Positions 35,924-47,989 of a DNA stretch of 64,000 bases are shown one piece after another; positions within the stretch are counted from its first letter, which is position 1; the number at the start of each line of letters is the position of its first letter. This DNA is from Okamejei kenojei (Eukaryota), in assembly GCA_035221665.1 (NCBI GenBank), contig CM069156.1:17794001-17858000 (forward strand), written 5' to 3'. Position numbers and translations under genes: made by a program. The notes under the pieces are model-generated. The model was not told where the DNA came from and made no database searches. It saw only the letters and a program-made list of their open reading frames with translations.

Positions 35924-36446
35924 ACTGCACTTTGATGCTAGTTAATATGGCAGTTGCTTTAGCTGCCATGGTTCAGGACATAAATAATGTGGATCGACAC
36001 TGTCTTTTACCGAGGGTTAGAGAAGTCCAAAATTAGAGGCCATATGTTTAAGGTGAGAGGGGAAAGATTTAAGTGGGATCTGAGGGACAAGTGTTTCATA
36101 TGACGAATGGTGGAACGAGCTGCCAGAGGAGGTGGTCAATGCATTTGGACAGGCACTTGGACAAAAGATTTGGCGAGTCATGGGCCCAACGCAAAGTGCG
36201 GAGAGAGCAGGCAAACTCCACACAGCACTGGAGGTCAGGGGTGAAGCAGGGCCATTATAGCTGTGTGGAAGTAACTACTTGGCTGTGTCACTGTGCTGAC
36301 TACATTCTGCTCCTCCCAATGATTGGTTGGTATTTGGTTGGTACATTGGTTGGTATTTGGTAGCTTGGTAGGTAAATTGCCCCTTGTGAAAAGTGAGTGG
36401 TAGATTCTGGATCTGGAGGAGATAAGACAGGAGAGAATAAACTGGG

Positions 36447-36693
36447 TAGACACATAATGCTGGAGTAACTCTGCGGGACAGGCAGCATCTCTGGTGAGAA
36501 GGAATGGGTGACGTTTCGGGTGGAGACCCTTCTTCAGACTGGGGAGTGGGTAGTACTGAGATAAAATGTAGTCGGAGACAGTAAGACTGCTGGGAGAACT
36601 GGGAAGGGGGAGGGGATAGCGAGAGAGGGAAAGCAAAGGCTACTTGAAGTTGGAGTAGTCAATGTTCATACCGCAGGGGTGTAAATGATGTTG
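36447..36693 (-). mobile_element. Penelope-like 3' fragment with intact hammerhead motif and 14-bp TSD
   Basis: On the - strand: ORF end LHPCGMNIDYSNFK* and ctgaagaagggtctccacccgaaacgtcacc (36506-36540). Perfect TSD gagaataaactggg at 36433-36446 and 36694-36707. Confidence 0.88.
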
Positions 36694-37577
36694 GAGAATA
36701 AACTGGGATGAGCATAAGTGGGTGCATGATGGCGAGCACTGTCAGAGGGCTGGCTTTTGTGCTGCTTGGCTCTATGAACGGTGCAAGGTGAAGGAGCCAG
36801 TACTTGGTGCATGCGGTGTGGACAGAGGCTCATTGGTGGTTGACCGCAAGGCTAAGAGTCACTTTATTTGGGGCCAGAGTCCCACAGCCTACAGGAGCAA
36901 CACGTGCTTCCCGCTGGAACATTTTGTTAAGCCTTTCCCAATGCCTGATGGTCGCGTACCTTTACTCTTGAAGTTGCTTTGTGATCCCTGCTGGAGACAT
37001 TTTTGTGGCGATGTACACACACTGCCTGCCAGAGCAGCCGGTTCCAACAGCGCTGTCCCCGATGAGGTCAGTCAGACTCTGCAGTCGGTCAGGTTTGTTA
37101 TGCTGGCTGGTTTACTGCAGGTGGGAAAAGTCATTGACTGAACGCAAAACTGTTCCAAATCCCTCGCGAGCAATCATCAGCTGCAGGTGAACGCACAGCT
37201 GGTATGCAGCTGCCATGTTATTCACCTGCGATGTTCCAGATTGCCCACGAGCTGATTAGCTTCACCTGTGGCAGTTTTTGCTTCCTGCTCTGTGCATTGA
37301 AGCAAAGTGACTGCTGGCTGCTTGTGAGAAAGGACACCTGCTTTAGTGGGAGCTGGTGACATATCTAAGAACATAAGCCAGAGGCCTGGGAGAGGTAAAC
37401 CCACAGCCATCAGAGCACTGGGTTGGAATAACGCACCCGAATGCTGAAAATTAGCTTTGGATCTGAAATTGCCCTTCAAAGTTCACCTTCCAAGCAGAAC
37501 TAATGTCTCTAGACTGGTAGGGATCCTATTACCCACTTATCGGATGCAATTTACCATCTTGAGTCTTGAACTTGGTT

Positions 37578-37790
37578 GTCACAGTGGTGCACATTGTACA
37601 GCTCATAGCGCCAGAGACCCGGGTTCAATCCCGACCTCGGGTGCTCTCTGTGTGGTGTTTGCACATTCCCCCTGTGACTGCGCAGGTTTTCTCTGGGTGC
37701 TCCAGTTTCCTCCCACGTGTGGGTTTGTTGGTTAATTGGCCTCCAAGTGATAGGGAGTGGATGAGAAAGCAGGATCATATAGAACTAGGG
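37578..37790 (+). mobile_element. V-SINE/HE1-like SINE
   Basis: agcgccagagacccgggttcaatcccgacctcgggtgct..gtgctccagtttcctcccac. Confidence 0.8.
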
Positions 37791-38619
37791 ATCTTTCAAT
37801 CAATCAAACTTGTAATCACCAGGCTGCTAGTCTAGTCTCATCCATTTAACATTGTAGCCTGTGCTCTGTTATTAGTGCAAACTGCTTCCCTTTCCATTAT
37901 AGGCTATAATGTGCACATGCATGCAAAGTGCCCAGGCAAGATTGCTGCTTAACTAATTAAAAAGCCACATAATTGATGTTAGTATTTCCGTGGGGCAATT
38001 TAGCCTTGCAATTTGCAATCTCTGGGAGGCATTACTCTTTCCAAAACTGCGTAAGGCACAGGATTTTCAGACTAATCTATACCTTCAGGGGATCTGCTGA
38101 ATGCCATGCTGAGGGGCAGCCCACTCATAAGTGGAAAGTTGAGGCAAGGAAAGTATACAATAAACTGGAGAATATCAAGTGTTTGGAAGAACAATGGACC
38201 TTGGACTGTCCATCCACAAATCATTAATGGTAGGACAAATCAATAAGTTGGATACAAATATAGACAAGAAGCCTTTCTCTGTTAATCGATGCATCATATG
38301 CAAGAACATGAAGTTGTGCTGTAACTTTATACAACCATATGACATTAAGACATAGGAGCTAAATTAGGCCATTCGGCCCGTCGAGTCGGCACCGCTATTC
38401 AAATTATGGCTGATCACGTTTTCCCCCTTAAACCCCATTCTTCTGCCTTCTCCCAATAACGTTTGACTCCCTTACTAATCAAGAGGGCCCACTAGTTAGG
38501 CCACTGCTTGGATATTACTTACAACATTGGTCACCATGTGAGAGGGAAGATTTGTTTGCACTGGTGAGGGTGCAGAGGCAAAGACATTTACAAAGACATT
38601 TCCAGAAAAAGGCAGAATA

Positions 38620-38895
38620 GATTTGCTGCCTTACAGCGCCAGAGACCCGGGTTCGATCCTGACTGCAGGTGTTGTCTGTATGGAGTTTGCATGCTCTCCC
38701 TGTGACTGTGTGGGTTTTCTACAGTTTCCTCCCACACTCCGAAGACGTCCATGTTTGTAGGTTAATTGGCTTTGGGGGGGAAAAAAATAGTAAATTGTCC
38801 CTGGTGTATAGGATAGTGCCAGGGTATGGGTTGATCGCTGGCCAGCACGGACTCGGTGGGCCAAAGGGCCTGTTTCTGCATTGTATCTGTAAAGT
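38620..38895 (+). mobile_element. V-SINE/HE1-like SINE
   Basis: ttgctgccttacagcgccagagacccgggttcgatcctgact...ggactcggtgggccaaagggcctgtttc. Confidence 0.9.
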
Positions 38896-39959
38896 CAAAA
38901 GAACATTGTAGCGATGAGAAAAGATGAGAGAATCTTGGGTTGTTTTCTTTGCAACAAGGCTGAATGAATATTTAGTTGAGGCGTATAAAATTTAGTTGGG
39001 GGGGGGGGGTGGGGGGTCTTTGTATTAAGTAATAAAGACAGGATTTAAAATAATTTCTAGTGGGATTAGAGTGAAGATAGCGTTTCATCCAGCACTCTGC
39101 TATAAATGGTTGTGAAAGAATAAACGTATCACATTTGAACAGTGCTTGACAGTACTGTACATGAGCTTAATTTGCATGGTCACAGGGTTAATGCTGGAAG
39201 CTGGGCTTAGTGGGATAGTTTTTAAACTGGCAATGGGCCAAACGGTCTCCCGCTATTGTATATTTTCTATGGTTCTGCCGTTCTGAGACGGGTGCATTCT
39301 ACGCTCAATCCAGTTTGGAGAGCTGGTGTTTGACAGATACTGAGATTGAGTTTATGCACATAACTTGTACATAACTATCCTCAACATTTTCTTTCGAAAA
39401 GTGCTCTTTTAACAGAGTGATTGTTGGGGTTCAGCTGTAAATTTTTATCCCCTCCAGTCTTTGAGTGGACTGCTTTGCGTAAAATACCATTGTCTGCCTT
39501 ACAATCAACTACTTGTTGTAACCCGCAGCTATCTGCCTCGCCCGTTGCCAACTCCTGGGCTGGTGGTGTTACGACTAAGCTTTTTGGCTTAGAAATTGCA
39601 TTGCACAGTTTAACCATTTAACATTTAAAACCATGCATTGGGTCACCCTGATCCTGTTTTTGTGAACTTAATTTAAAGAACAAATCTTAATTGTAAGGAT
39701 CACAGAGCAGTTGTCATGTTTGACTGTTATCAATGCATTTTGTCATCTTCCTCCTCGCATTCCCTAGTAAAGTGTTCCCTGTAACACCGCAACCACGATT
39801 TTTGCACTGGCTCTTAAAGGGATACACAGCAATGCAAGGGACTCGTCTGGCTATGAGAGTGTTCTCAAAGGATGCTGGTCAGGGAGAAAGTCCACAAGGA
39901 GTACGTTCTTGTGAAGTAGCTTGCAGAGACTGTCCAGTTGCACACCCAGGTGTGTCATA

Positions 39960-40265
39960 AAGTCATACAGCACGTTAACAGGCTCTTTGGCCCAACACCC
40001 ATGCTGACCAAGATGTCCCATCTAAGCTTGTCCCATTTACCCTCCGATGGCCCACGTACCTCTGAACTTTTCTTATCCCAATACCTGTCAAAATGTTTTT
40101 AAAATGTTGGTATTGTACTTTTTGCAACTGCTTCCTCTGGTAACCCATTCCCCATGTATTACCCACTTGGTGGAAAAAGTTGCTCCTCTGGTTCTTATTA
40201 AATCTTTCTCCTCTCACCTTAAACCTATGCCCTCTAGTTCTGGATTCCGGTAGTCCCATCCTGGA
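39960..40265 (-). mobile_element. CR1-type LINE 3' fragment
   Basis: Minus-strand peptide PESRTRGHRFKVRGERFNKNQRSNFF. Confidence 0.85.
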
Positions 40266-41789
40266 CTAGCATTAACTCCAGCCAGGGAGATCTGGGGGGG
40301 GGGGGAAGAGTTGTCTATGAAAGCCTGCGCATTGGAGAAGCCAGCGCCACATGCAAATGCCGCAAGCACTCTGTCTGCTCGTATAGATGAAAGAAAATTA
40401 AATGAAGTCTCGTACCCTTCCGTGTGGTTGGGTGGCCTCTCATTTTGCTGAGCACTGCTACATTAATCACAGCAGGTAGCAGCCTGGAACGGTCCAGACC
40501 GTGACCCAGACATCACGTGAAGATGATGGTCACAGATCTCGAGAGAGGACAACAAATCTGTTTTTTTTAAAAAAACTATTCCAGGGAAAACCAGATTTTG
40601 TACAATCAGTGTTTCTGTGGGTGAATATAAACTGTTGTTTTCAGACCAGTGAGATTAATATCTTGCTGCCGACAACTTTTGCTTGTTCAGCTACTGTTGA
40701 TGTAATTTGGGGGAATGTTACCCTGGGGGGGGGGGTTATGGAGAGAGTAACTCCTGTCAAAAGAACATTTGGAAAGTTGAATTTCCAATTGGACTTTGGG
40801 CTCCTGGAGAAGGGGACAAATGTCCTGTGTGATGGGTTAACCACCTTTCCAACTTGTTCCTGAATGAATTTCTAACCCCTTTCTTTGAAAGAAAGTCCTG
40901 TTGTGGGATATAGCATTCCTTTTTCTATTGCCTTCACATTTGAGGTCAGTCACCTCAGAGCAGAGTTTGCTTTCAAAACTAATGAAAGGTCGATGACACA
41001 AACAAACGAGAGAACAATTTTGGGTAAACGACTGCTACAAAAATGGAAATGCATCCTGCCTCTTAACCACCGTATTTATTCAGGGAAGTTGCTTTATTTA
41101 CCGATTAATTGCCTTTATAATGTTAACGTTTTAATGTTTACTCATCGCAAGAAAATAACCTTTCTAAATTATACAAACCAAACTTTCTGGCACCAAAATT
41201 AAGCTAGCTGGCTTTGTATATTAAACTTCCTAGGAGGAAATATATATTTTTCACTTGCATTTTTTTTTAATCCACTATTTCAGTCTCTTCAGATTGAACA
41301 GGATGGGAAATGAGATATTTATTCTCACAATCCACGGATTTTCAAAGACATTGCTCCATTCCGCATTCCTTGGTTGAGGACACTGGCGACACAAACGCAC
41401 TCTTTCAACATTGTAATCCTCTGGCCACAAGCACTCTGACGAAGGGTCCCGACCCAAATTACCCAATGTGCTCCAGAGATGCTTCCTGACACGCAGAGTT
41501 ACTCCAGCACTCTTTGTGTCTTGTCATGAGAAAAGTGTTGAACCTGAAGTGTGCAGTAGAAACTAGAAATAAAAGCAAAACTTGATGAGCCCCTTGCTGC
41601 AAGAAACCTTGCCGCATAGTGCAATACTGAGGTCACACTTAAACTAGGCTAAGTCAGCATCCTTGAAATAGATGTGAACAATGCTGGGTTTACACAACAA
41701 TCATTGCAGTCACTCCCTCTAGATTTATTAAAGTAACTTTTGCCATTTGCATATGTATGATTTGAACTTACAGGTTCCCTGTTACTCGT

Positions 41790-41875
41790 CATAAGTTATA
41801 GGAGCAGAATTAGGCCATTTGGCCCATCAAGTCTATTTGTCATTCAATCATGGCTTGTCTCTTTTTTTCTTTTCC

Positions 41876-41907
<32 letters not shown>

Positions 41908-41950
41908 ATTCTCCTGCCTTCTCCCCATAACCCCTGACACCTGTACTAAG
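41790..41950 (-). mobile_element. CR1-type 3' tail containing a poly(C) run
   Basis: ataggagcagaattaggccatttggcccatcaagtct..cattctcctgccttctccccataacccctgacac. Similar tails at 38345-38485 and 46420-46548. Confidence 0.8.
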
Positions 41951-43167
41951 AAGGGCCAGGACCATAAATGACTGAATATTGCATTTGATATAATGTAGGT
42001 ATCTAAAAAATGTACATTTTAAGAAGGCATTAAATTATGTGATGTGTGCAGCAATAATTTCTGATATTGAACCTCTCTTCACTTTTGGTCTCTAGTATTT
42101 CTTGACTCCCGATCATGTGTAACTGGGCGATTGGCACAGAAATGAAAAAAAAAATAAAGAGAAAGGAAACTTGGCAAAGTAGAAGCATCAGTTTTGGCTC
42201 TTGTCGGCAGTGTAATTGGGAGCAACATAACGGCAAATAAATTGCCTTTTGGTATATTCACGACATAATAGTGATGTTTTAAGCTGCTTTTCCCCTCTCA
42301 TTTTGTTTTGGTTCTTGGTAAATCATGTGGATTTGGTGGGATTCATTTTCTTCCCAAATGGGTTGGTGGTAGTTCTGACGTTGCTCCCAGTGAAGGTCAG
42401 CAGCAGCACAGATGCACGCAATCCTCCTCAATCCAGCTGCGGCTGTAATGTGGCGTAGTGCGAGATCAGAAAATCAATGCTCATCTATCTCCATTAGCAC
42501 TGCAATTGAGCCTACACTGCAGAGAACTCAAATTCAGATTTGCACGAACATGCCTTTTGTAAGATTAATAAGGCTCGAAATGGTGCTAAAGCTTTTATTT
42601 TCATGCATGCTTTCCTGGAATTCACGATAAGTAATTTTTAGATGGCTGCTGCTTTCCCCCACCCCCGTTTTGGGAGCCAGAGTGATTTATGTGACAAGGT
42701 TCTGCCAAGCGCTGCAAATTCTCTGACTGACCATTTGGGAGATTAATTTATACAATGTGCTCTCTGTGCATTTTACCAATTCTCAGCCATTGATGGAAGC
42801 CAAGTACAAAAGACAATGGTGACTGAGATGTGGACTTAATCGTGTAGTGGGGATCCTACCATTGCCCACCATAGTGATGTAGAAGGCTTCTTTGTTTCAA
42901 AGCGAACACTTTTTATGAAAGATGGAGTTTGATAACAGATCACTGTCTATTTCTGTCTGTTGACCTTCGTTCGCTCATGTGTCAGACTACGTATAACTTG
43001 CTGTTGGCTTCTGCCGTCGTCCAACATGTTGACAGAACTGGTTGCCCGACGAATCGCAGAGTGCACTGTGTCGTCGTTTCCGGGGATCGCCACGAGGAGG
43101 CTTCTGTCATGATCCCCTCCGTTGACCTGAGCCCCAGAATCTACTAATCATCTTGCCCTCTTGTTTA

Positions 43168-43299
43168 AGAAGGAACTGCAGATGCTGGAAAAATCGAAGG
43201 TAGATAAAAATGCTGGAGAAACTCAGCGGGTGAGGCAGCTTCTATGGAACGAAGGAATAGGTGACGTTTCGGGTCGAGACCCTTCTTCAGACTTATTTA
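43168..43299 (-). mobile_element. Solo Penelope pLTR (about 130 bp) with intact hammerhead motif and 12-bp TSD
   Basis: On the - strand: agtctgaagaagggtctcgacccgaaacgtcacct (43259-43293). TSD ccctcttgttta at 43156-43167 and 43300-43311. Confidence 0.88.
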
Positions 43300-43859
43300 C
43301 CCTCTTGTTTAGTTAGTTGGGAGTAATCCCCAATGAGCATCTGCGGAAGTGCTAGTTTAATGCTAAAGGTCTAGGTGACACCACGGCATGCAGTGTTAAT
43401 GAAGTGGACTTTATGATAAAAGGACAAACTGGCAAATGGCCTGGACAGACTCCAAGAAACAGCAAAATGCGCTGAGATCATTTCTAACTTTTACATTAGA
43501 AATGTTTTTGGGATGGAAGCATGAAGTGAGAATGGCCAATATGATCTTGCAACACAAACACTTTGTAATCAAGAGTTGCATTCTCAGAATGATTTTGTGA
43601 ACCTTTTTCCCCACCCTCCATTTTCTCCTTTGTCCACCACCCCTCCTTCTGCAAGGAGTTGATAAGCTGTTTTAAATGATGCATTAAACCCAAGCAGAGC
43701 TGCTATGAGACTATGGTGTTCATAAGCTCACCGCAGGGCTCTGGGCACTAGGTCCCAACTCTAGACTGTAAAACCACTGCAGCAATGCAGGCTTGCTGTC
43801 ATCAAATCAGAGCCGCAAGTTAAAGGATACTTTTGATTAGAACGTGACGACACCACAAG

Positions 43860-44360
43860 ATGGGCACAAAAAGCTGGAGTATCTTAGCAGGTCAGACAAC
43901 ATCTCTGGAGAAAATGAATAGGTGACGTTTCGATGCAAAATGTCACCTATTCCTTTTGTGAGCAACACCGGAAATTGGAGGAACAGCACCTCATATTCCA
44001 CTTGGGCAGTCTGCATCCTGGTGGCCTGAACATTGAATTCTCCCAATTTTGTTAGCCCTTGCTGTCTCCTCCCCTTCCTAGCACTCCCTCAGCCCTCTGG
44101 CTCCTCCTTCTCCTTTTTCCTTTCTTCTCCCCCCCCCCCCCCCCCCCCCCACCCTCCATCAGTCTGAAGAAGGGTTTCGGCCCGAAACGTTGCCCATTTC
44201 CTTCGCTCCATAGATGCTGCTGCACCTGCTGAGTTTCTCCAGCACTTTTGTCTACCTTCGATTTTCCAGCATCTGCAGTTCCTTCTTAAACTTGCTGTCT
44301 GACCAGCTGAGTTACTCCTGCTTTTTGTGTCTATCTTCGGTTTAAACCGAAGTTCCTTCC
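43860..44360 (+). mobile_element. Penelope 3' fragment (about 43960-44290) nested in a fold-back pLTR
   Basis: Encodes KLEEQHLIFHLGSLHPGGLNIEFSQFC*. Hammerhead motif ctgaagaagggtttcggcccgaaacgtt at 44164-44191. Outer arms at 43865-43957 and 44293-44360. Confidence 0.85.
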
Positions 44361-44416
44361 CAAACCCCACTTGATGGCGTTAGATTCGGGGATCACACAG
44401 GTCTTTTTGGTAAGTG

Positions 44417-44570
44417 TTTTAAGAAGGAACAGCAGATGATGGAAAATCGATGGTAGACAAAAATGCTGGAGAAACTCAGTGGGTGAGGCAGCATCTAGAG
44501 CGAAGGAAATAGGCGACGTTTTTGGGTCGAAACCCTTCAAAGGTTGAGTTTCTCCAGCATTTTTGTCTAC
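44417..44570. mobile_element. Fold-back Penelope pLTR insertion with perfect 14-bp TSD
   Basis: Arms ggtagacaaaaatgctggagaaactca and tgagtttctccagcatttttgtctacc. TSD ctttttggtaagtg at 44403-44416 and 44571-44584. Confidence 0.88.
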
Positions 44571-44648
44571 CTTTTTGGTAAGTGGCGCTTTGGAAATAAT
44601 GAAGCGGCGATGAAACTTTTAGCTTAATTCTTATTATCATCTTTGTAG

Positions 44649-44773
44649 GTGGGCGGCACGAAGACTGGAGTGGTGAAGTACGTGGGGGAGACGGATTTCG
44701 CCAAAGGTGAATGGTGTGGAGTTGAGCTGGACGAGCCCCTGGGTAAAAATGACGGTGCTGTTGCTGGCACAAG
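44649..44773 (+). CDS. CLIP2: CLIP2 exon 4 equivalent: first part of CAP-Gly domain 2
   Basis: tttgtag|GTG...AG|gtaaag. Encodes [41 protein letters not shown](R). 125 nt, phase 0 to 2. Not in the ORF track; read by hand. Confidence 0.97.
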
Positions 44774-45539
44774 GTAAAGGACCATCTTGCTAACCCCTCC
44801 ACGTTGAGTCAGTTTTCCCACCACCCCATCTGACATGCACAAAGGTTTTGCAGAAAGTTATACAAGATGATTAGTGCATGAGAGCTGACCATTGGAATGC
44901 CTTTGACAAGGCCTGCCCTGTCATACACCGTAATATGAGGGTACTTGATTTATCCGGTGCCCTTTTTCCATAGTCATTAATCCTTAGACTTTTTTTCCAA
45001 GAAATTGACTTGTTATTTCAGAACAACGGAAGTGTTTCCGCAAGAATTTGAAGCTATCTGATCTGGGATAGGAGGGAAGGAACTTGCCTGCTTCTGTACT
45101 TTGTCCTGCAATATCGTAAATCAATGCATCGAGAACGTTCCACTGCATTTACCCTGTCCCCACTATTACATTAGTTTCACTATGGGTTCGCTTTTGTGGA
45201 AAAAAAAACTAATTGTTCTATTTATCTGGAAGAAAAATCCTTACTTCTACTGAGAGTGACTGATTGATTTTCTCCAAGCAAAAGAGAGAGATGGTGTTCC
45301 CCCAAAGTACCCTTGCCTGTGTAATCTGTGTTGAATTACGAAACTCGCCCCATCATTGAAGCCATTTGCTCTCTCGTGTTGTCCTAAATATCCCAATGAG
45401 AAACCTCATGAACTGCATCCACTGTCCCATGTAGTTGAATGTTTTGTCATGAAGGATATTTGTAATTCGGGTGCAGATAATTCTGCCCGCTTCTTGTGTT
45501 TAGCAGCTGGATCTGATGCTTCCCTTCTGTGCCTCGCAG

Positions 45540-45753
45540 GTACTTCCAATGCCCACCCAAGTTCGGTCTCTTTGCTCCCATTCACAAGGTCATGCGGATT
45601 GGCTTCCCCTCCACCACTCCGGCCAAGACCAAAAAGAGTAAGAGGATGACCATGGGAGTGTCGGCTTTGACGCAGAGCCCGAGCAGCTCCTCTATAAGTT
45701 CCGTCAGCTCTGTGGCATCTTCAGTTGGAGGCAGACCTAGCAGGACGGGACTG
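45540..45753 (+). CDS. CLIP2: CLIP2 exon 5 equivalent: end of CAP-Gly 2 and Ser-rich region
   Basis: cgcag|G...CTG|gtaagg. Encodes [29 protein letters not shown]...[24 protein letters not shown]. 214 nt, phase 2 to 0. Confidence 0.97.
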
Positions 45754-46084
45754 GTAAGGATCTGCTTACATCAACCATCTCCAGACCCAGAGCTACTGGT
45801 CTACTTTTTGCCGCATAAAGTCCTTGATGCAACTGCCAATGACTTATTGATGATATTGAAGCTCAAAAGTGTGCTTTTAAAAAAGAATTCCAGCAGCCTT
45901 TCAATGTAGGTCTTTGCCTTTTTCCATCTTGTATCACAGCCTGACTGTTTTATTGTTATCACTTGCTCAAGACCATCTTGGATGGATCCATAAGCAGTTG
46001 ACTATCATACTGCCCTCTCATTGCATCACAAAGAAAGAACCCAAAAATATTTGTGGAATGGGTTTATTGTGGGTTTTCCTGCAT

Positions 46085-46250
46085 TCGCACGTGGCAGTTG
46101 CCTCGCTGTTCCAGGGACACGGGTTCAACCCTGACCTCCGATGCTGTCTGCGTGGAGTTTGCTTGTTCTCCCTCTGACAGTGCAAGATTCCTCCCACATC
46201 CTAAAGCTATGCAGGTTGTACGTTTGAGAAGAAAATGTAAGCTCACTGTC
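46085..46250 (+). mobile_element. Diverged V-SINE/HE1-like SINE
   Basis: gggttcaaccctgacctccgatgctgtctgcgtggagtttgcttgttctccc..ttcctcccacatcc. Confidence 0.72.
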
Positions 46251-46636
46251 CTTTGACTTTGTGACAACACTGTCAACTGACCCAACTTGATTTTTGTGTT
46301 CTTTGGCCCGAAGTTGGTTGTGGTAGAGATTGTGAAGTTGTTGCCGCTTGGCATCGTGTGTTGTTGAATCAACTCTGAATCAGTGCTGATTCACAATACA
46401 AGGCCAGTTATAGACATTATTCATAAGTCATAGGAGCAGAATTAGGCCGTTCTACTCCGCCATTCAATCATGGCTGATCTATCTTTCCCTCTCAACCCCA
46501 TTCTCCTGCCTTCTCCCCATAACCCCTGACGCCTGTACTAGTCAAGAAATTGCCAGGCCTGGGATTTGCACCAGCAACTGTGATATATCCTCACTTGCAC
46601 TGCCTCTCGTCATCTGTCTGTCTTTCTTTCCCTCAG

Positions 46637-46834
46637 CTGACCGAGACGTCCTCCCGCTACGCCAGGAAGATCTCTGGCACGACGGCCTTGCAGGAAGCTC
46701 TCAAGGAGAAACAGCAGCACATCGAGCAGCTGCTGGCAGAACGAGACCTGGAGCGAGCTGAGGTTGCCAAGGCAACCAGCCACATCTGTGAAGTGGAAAA
46801 GGAGCTGGCGATCCTGAAGGCAACTCATGCACAG
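46637..46834 (+). CDS. CLIP2: CLIP2 exon 6 equivalent: start of coiled coil
   Basis: cctcag|CTG...CAG|gtacaa. Encodes [66 protein letters not shown]. 198 nt, phase 0 to 0. Confidence 0.97.
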
Positions 46835-47516
46835 GTACAAAGCCTAACACTGCTGCCACCACTGGTTTCCAAACTGTCAGATGGCAAATGGAGTTGATGT
46901 GTTGATTAAAGAGCTATCAACGAGGCAGTGAAAAAAGGTGGAGTCATCATACAACCAACGTGTTGCAAGAAGTTAAAATTAATATATTATTGGTTAACAA
47001 TTATATCTTTCAAATAAAATAAAATGTACTGTTTTGATGAAATTAAGTCTCGAAATGAAAGACTCTGGACCTGGCCTCTGATTCTGATCTATTCAAAACA
47101 AATTCCCTGGTATTTTAGTGGCATCCATTTTATTGTGAATTGCTTCTCAACAATGCAATTAATTTCAACAGTTTAGCTAAATAACGTCATTATTTAGGGA
47201 ACAATCCTACAGTGGCACTGAAAATATAAGTTTCTTAAAAGTGGCAACAACAAAAAATGTTATTGTTCAGTTGTTGGTACATATGACAATTAAGCACTCT
47301 TGACTCTTGATTATTTAGTCCCAGTGACTTCAGTGGTGTGGCGTGTTGGAAACGTGTTGCCAGAGGCTTAGCACAAGGGACAAGACGCATTTCTAGGCCT
47401 AGTGTCCATTGCAATGGAACCACTTGGGCATAATGGTCACTTCCATTTCCATGCAAGACCCAAAAAGTGAAGCTGTACGGTGGAGAAATGACTAGGTTTT
47501 ATTTTTCTCCTTGCAG

Positions 47517-47620
47517 TTTGTGACGGAGGCTGAGGGGAATCTTCAGGTTGTACGAACCATGCTGACCAACACTGAAAAACAAAAGCACGAACTGCTAAAC
47601 ACCCTGGAAGAGGAGAAAAG
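47517..47620 (+). CDS. CLIP2: CLIP2 exon 7 equivalent: coiled coil
   Basis: ctccttgcag|TTT...AG|gtaatg. Encodes FVTEAEGNLQVVRTMLTNTEKQKHELLNTLEEEK(R). 104 nt, phase 0 to 2, which fits both neighbouring exons. Confidence 0.93.
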
Positions 47621-47665
47621 GTAATGTGAGCTGTAGAGTCGGGGGAAAGTGGTAACTGGTAATTT

Positions 47666-47667
<2 letters not shown>

Positions 47668-47717
<50 letters not shown>
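47668..47717 (+). repeat. Poly(G) run of about 50 nt
   Basis: Uninterrupted G homopolymer starting 47 nt after the exon 7 donor. Confidence 0.9.
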
Positions 47718-47718
<1 letters not shown>

Positions 47719-47989
47719 GGAAAATAAAGAAGGTGGCAAATGTCTGGAGAAGGAAAGGTTAGGTAAAAGAAGACCAGAAAGTCCAGGGAGTGAGGAAGAA
47801 AAAAACATGTCAACAAATCAGAAACGGCTCGAGGCTTCCATAATATGATATTTAATTACTGCTTCATTTAATAAGATATGCATTTGTGTGATTACATGTT
47901 CCAAGCAGTGAGACGATCAACAGCTTTTCTGACAGGAAATCTATAACAAGTGTTGTGCCACAGGGACTGGAGCTGGTACCTTCGTTGTT

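Noticed and set aside
45501-45539. Upstream TAGCAG acceptor that would add 33 or 36 nt to exon 5
   Set aside because: The length is frame-preserving, but the extension reads AGC TGG ATC TGA, an in-frame stop, so it cannot give a coding isoform.
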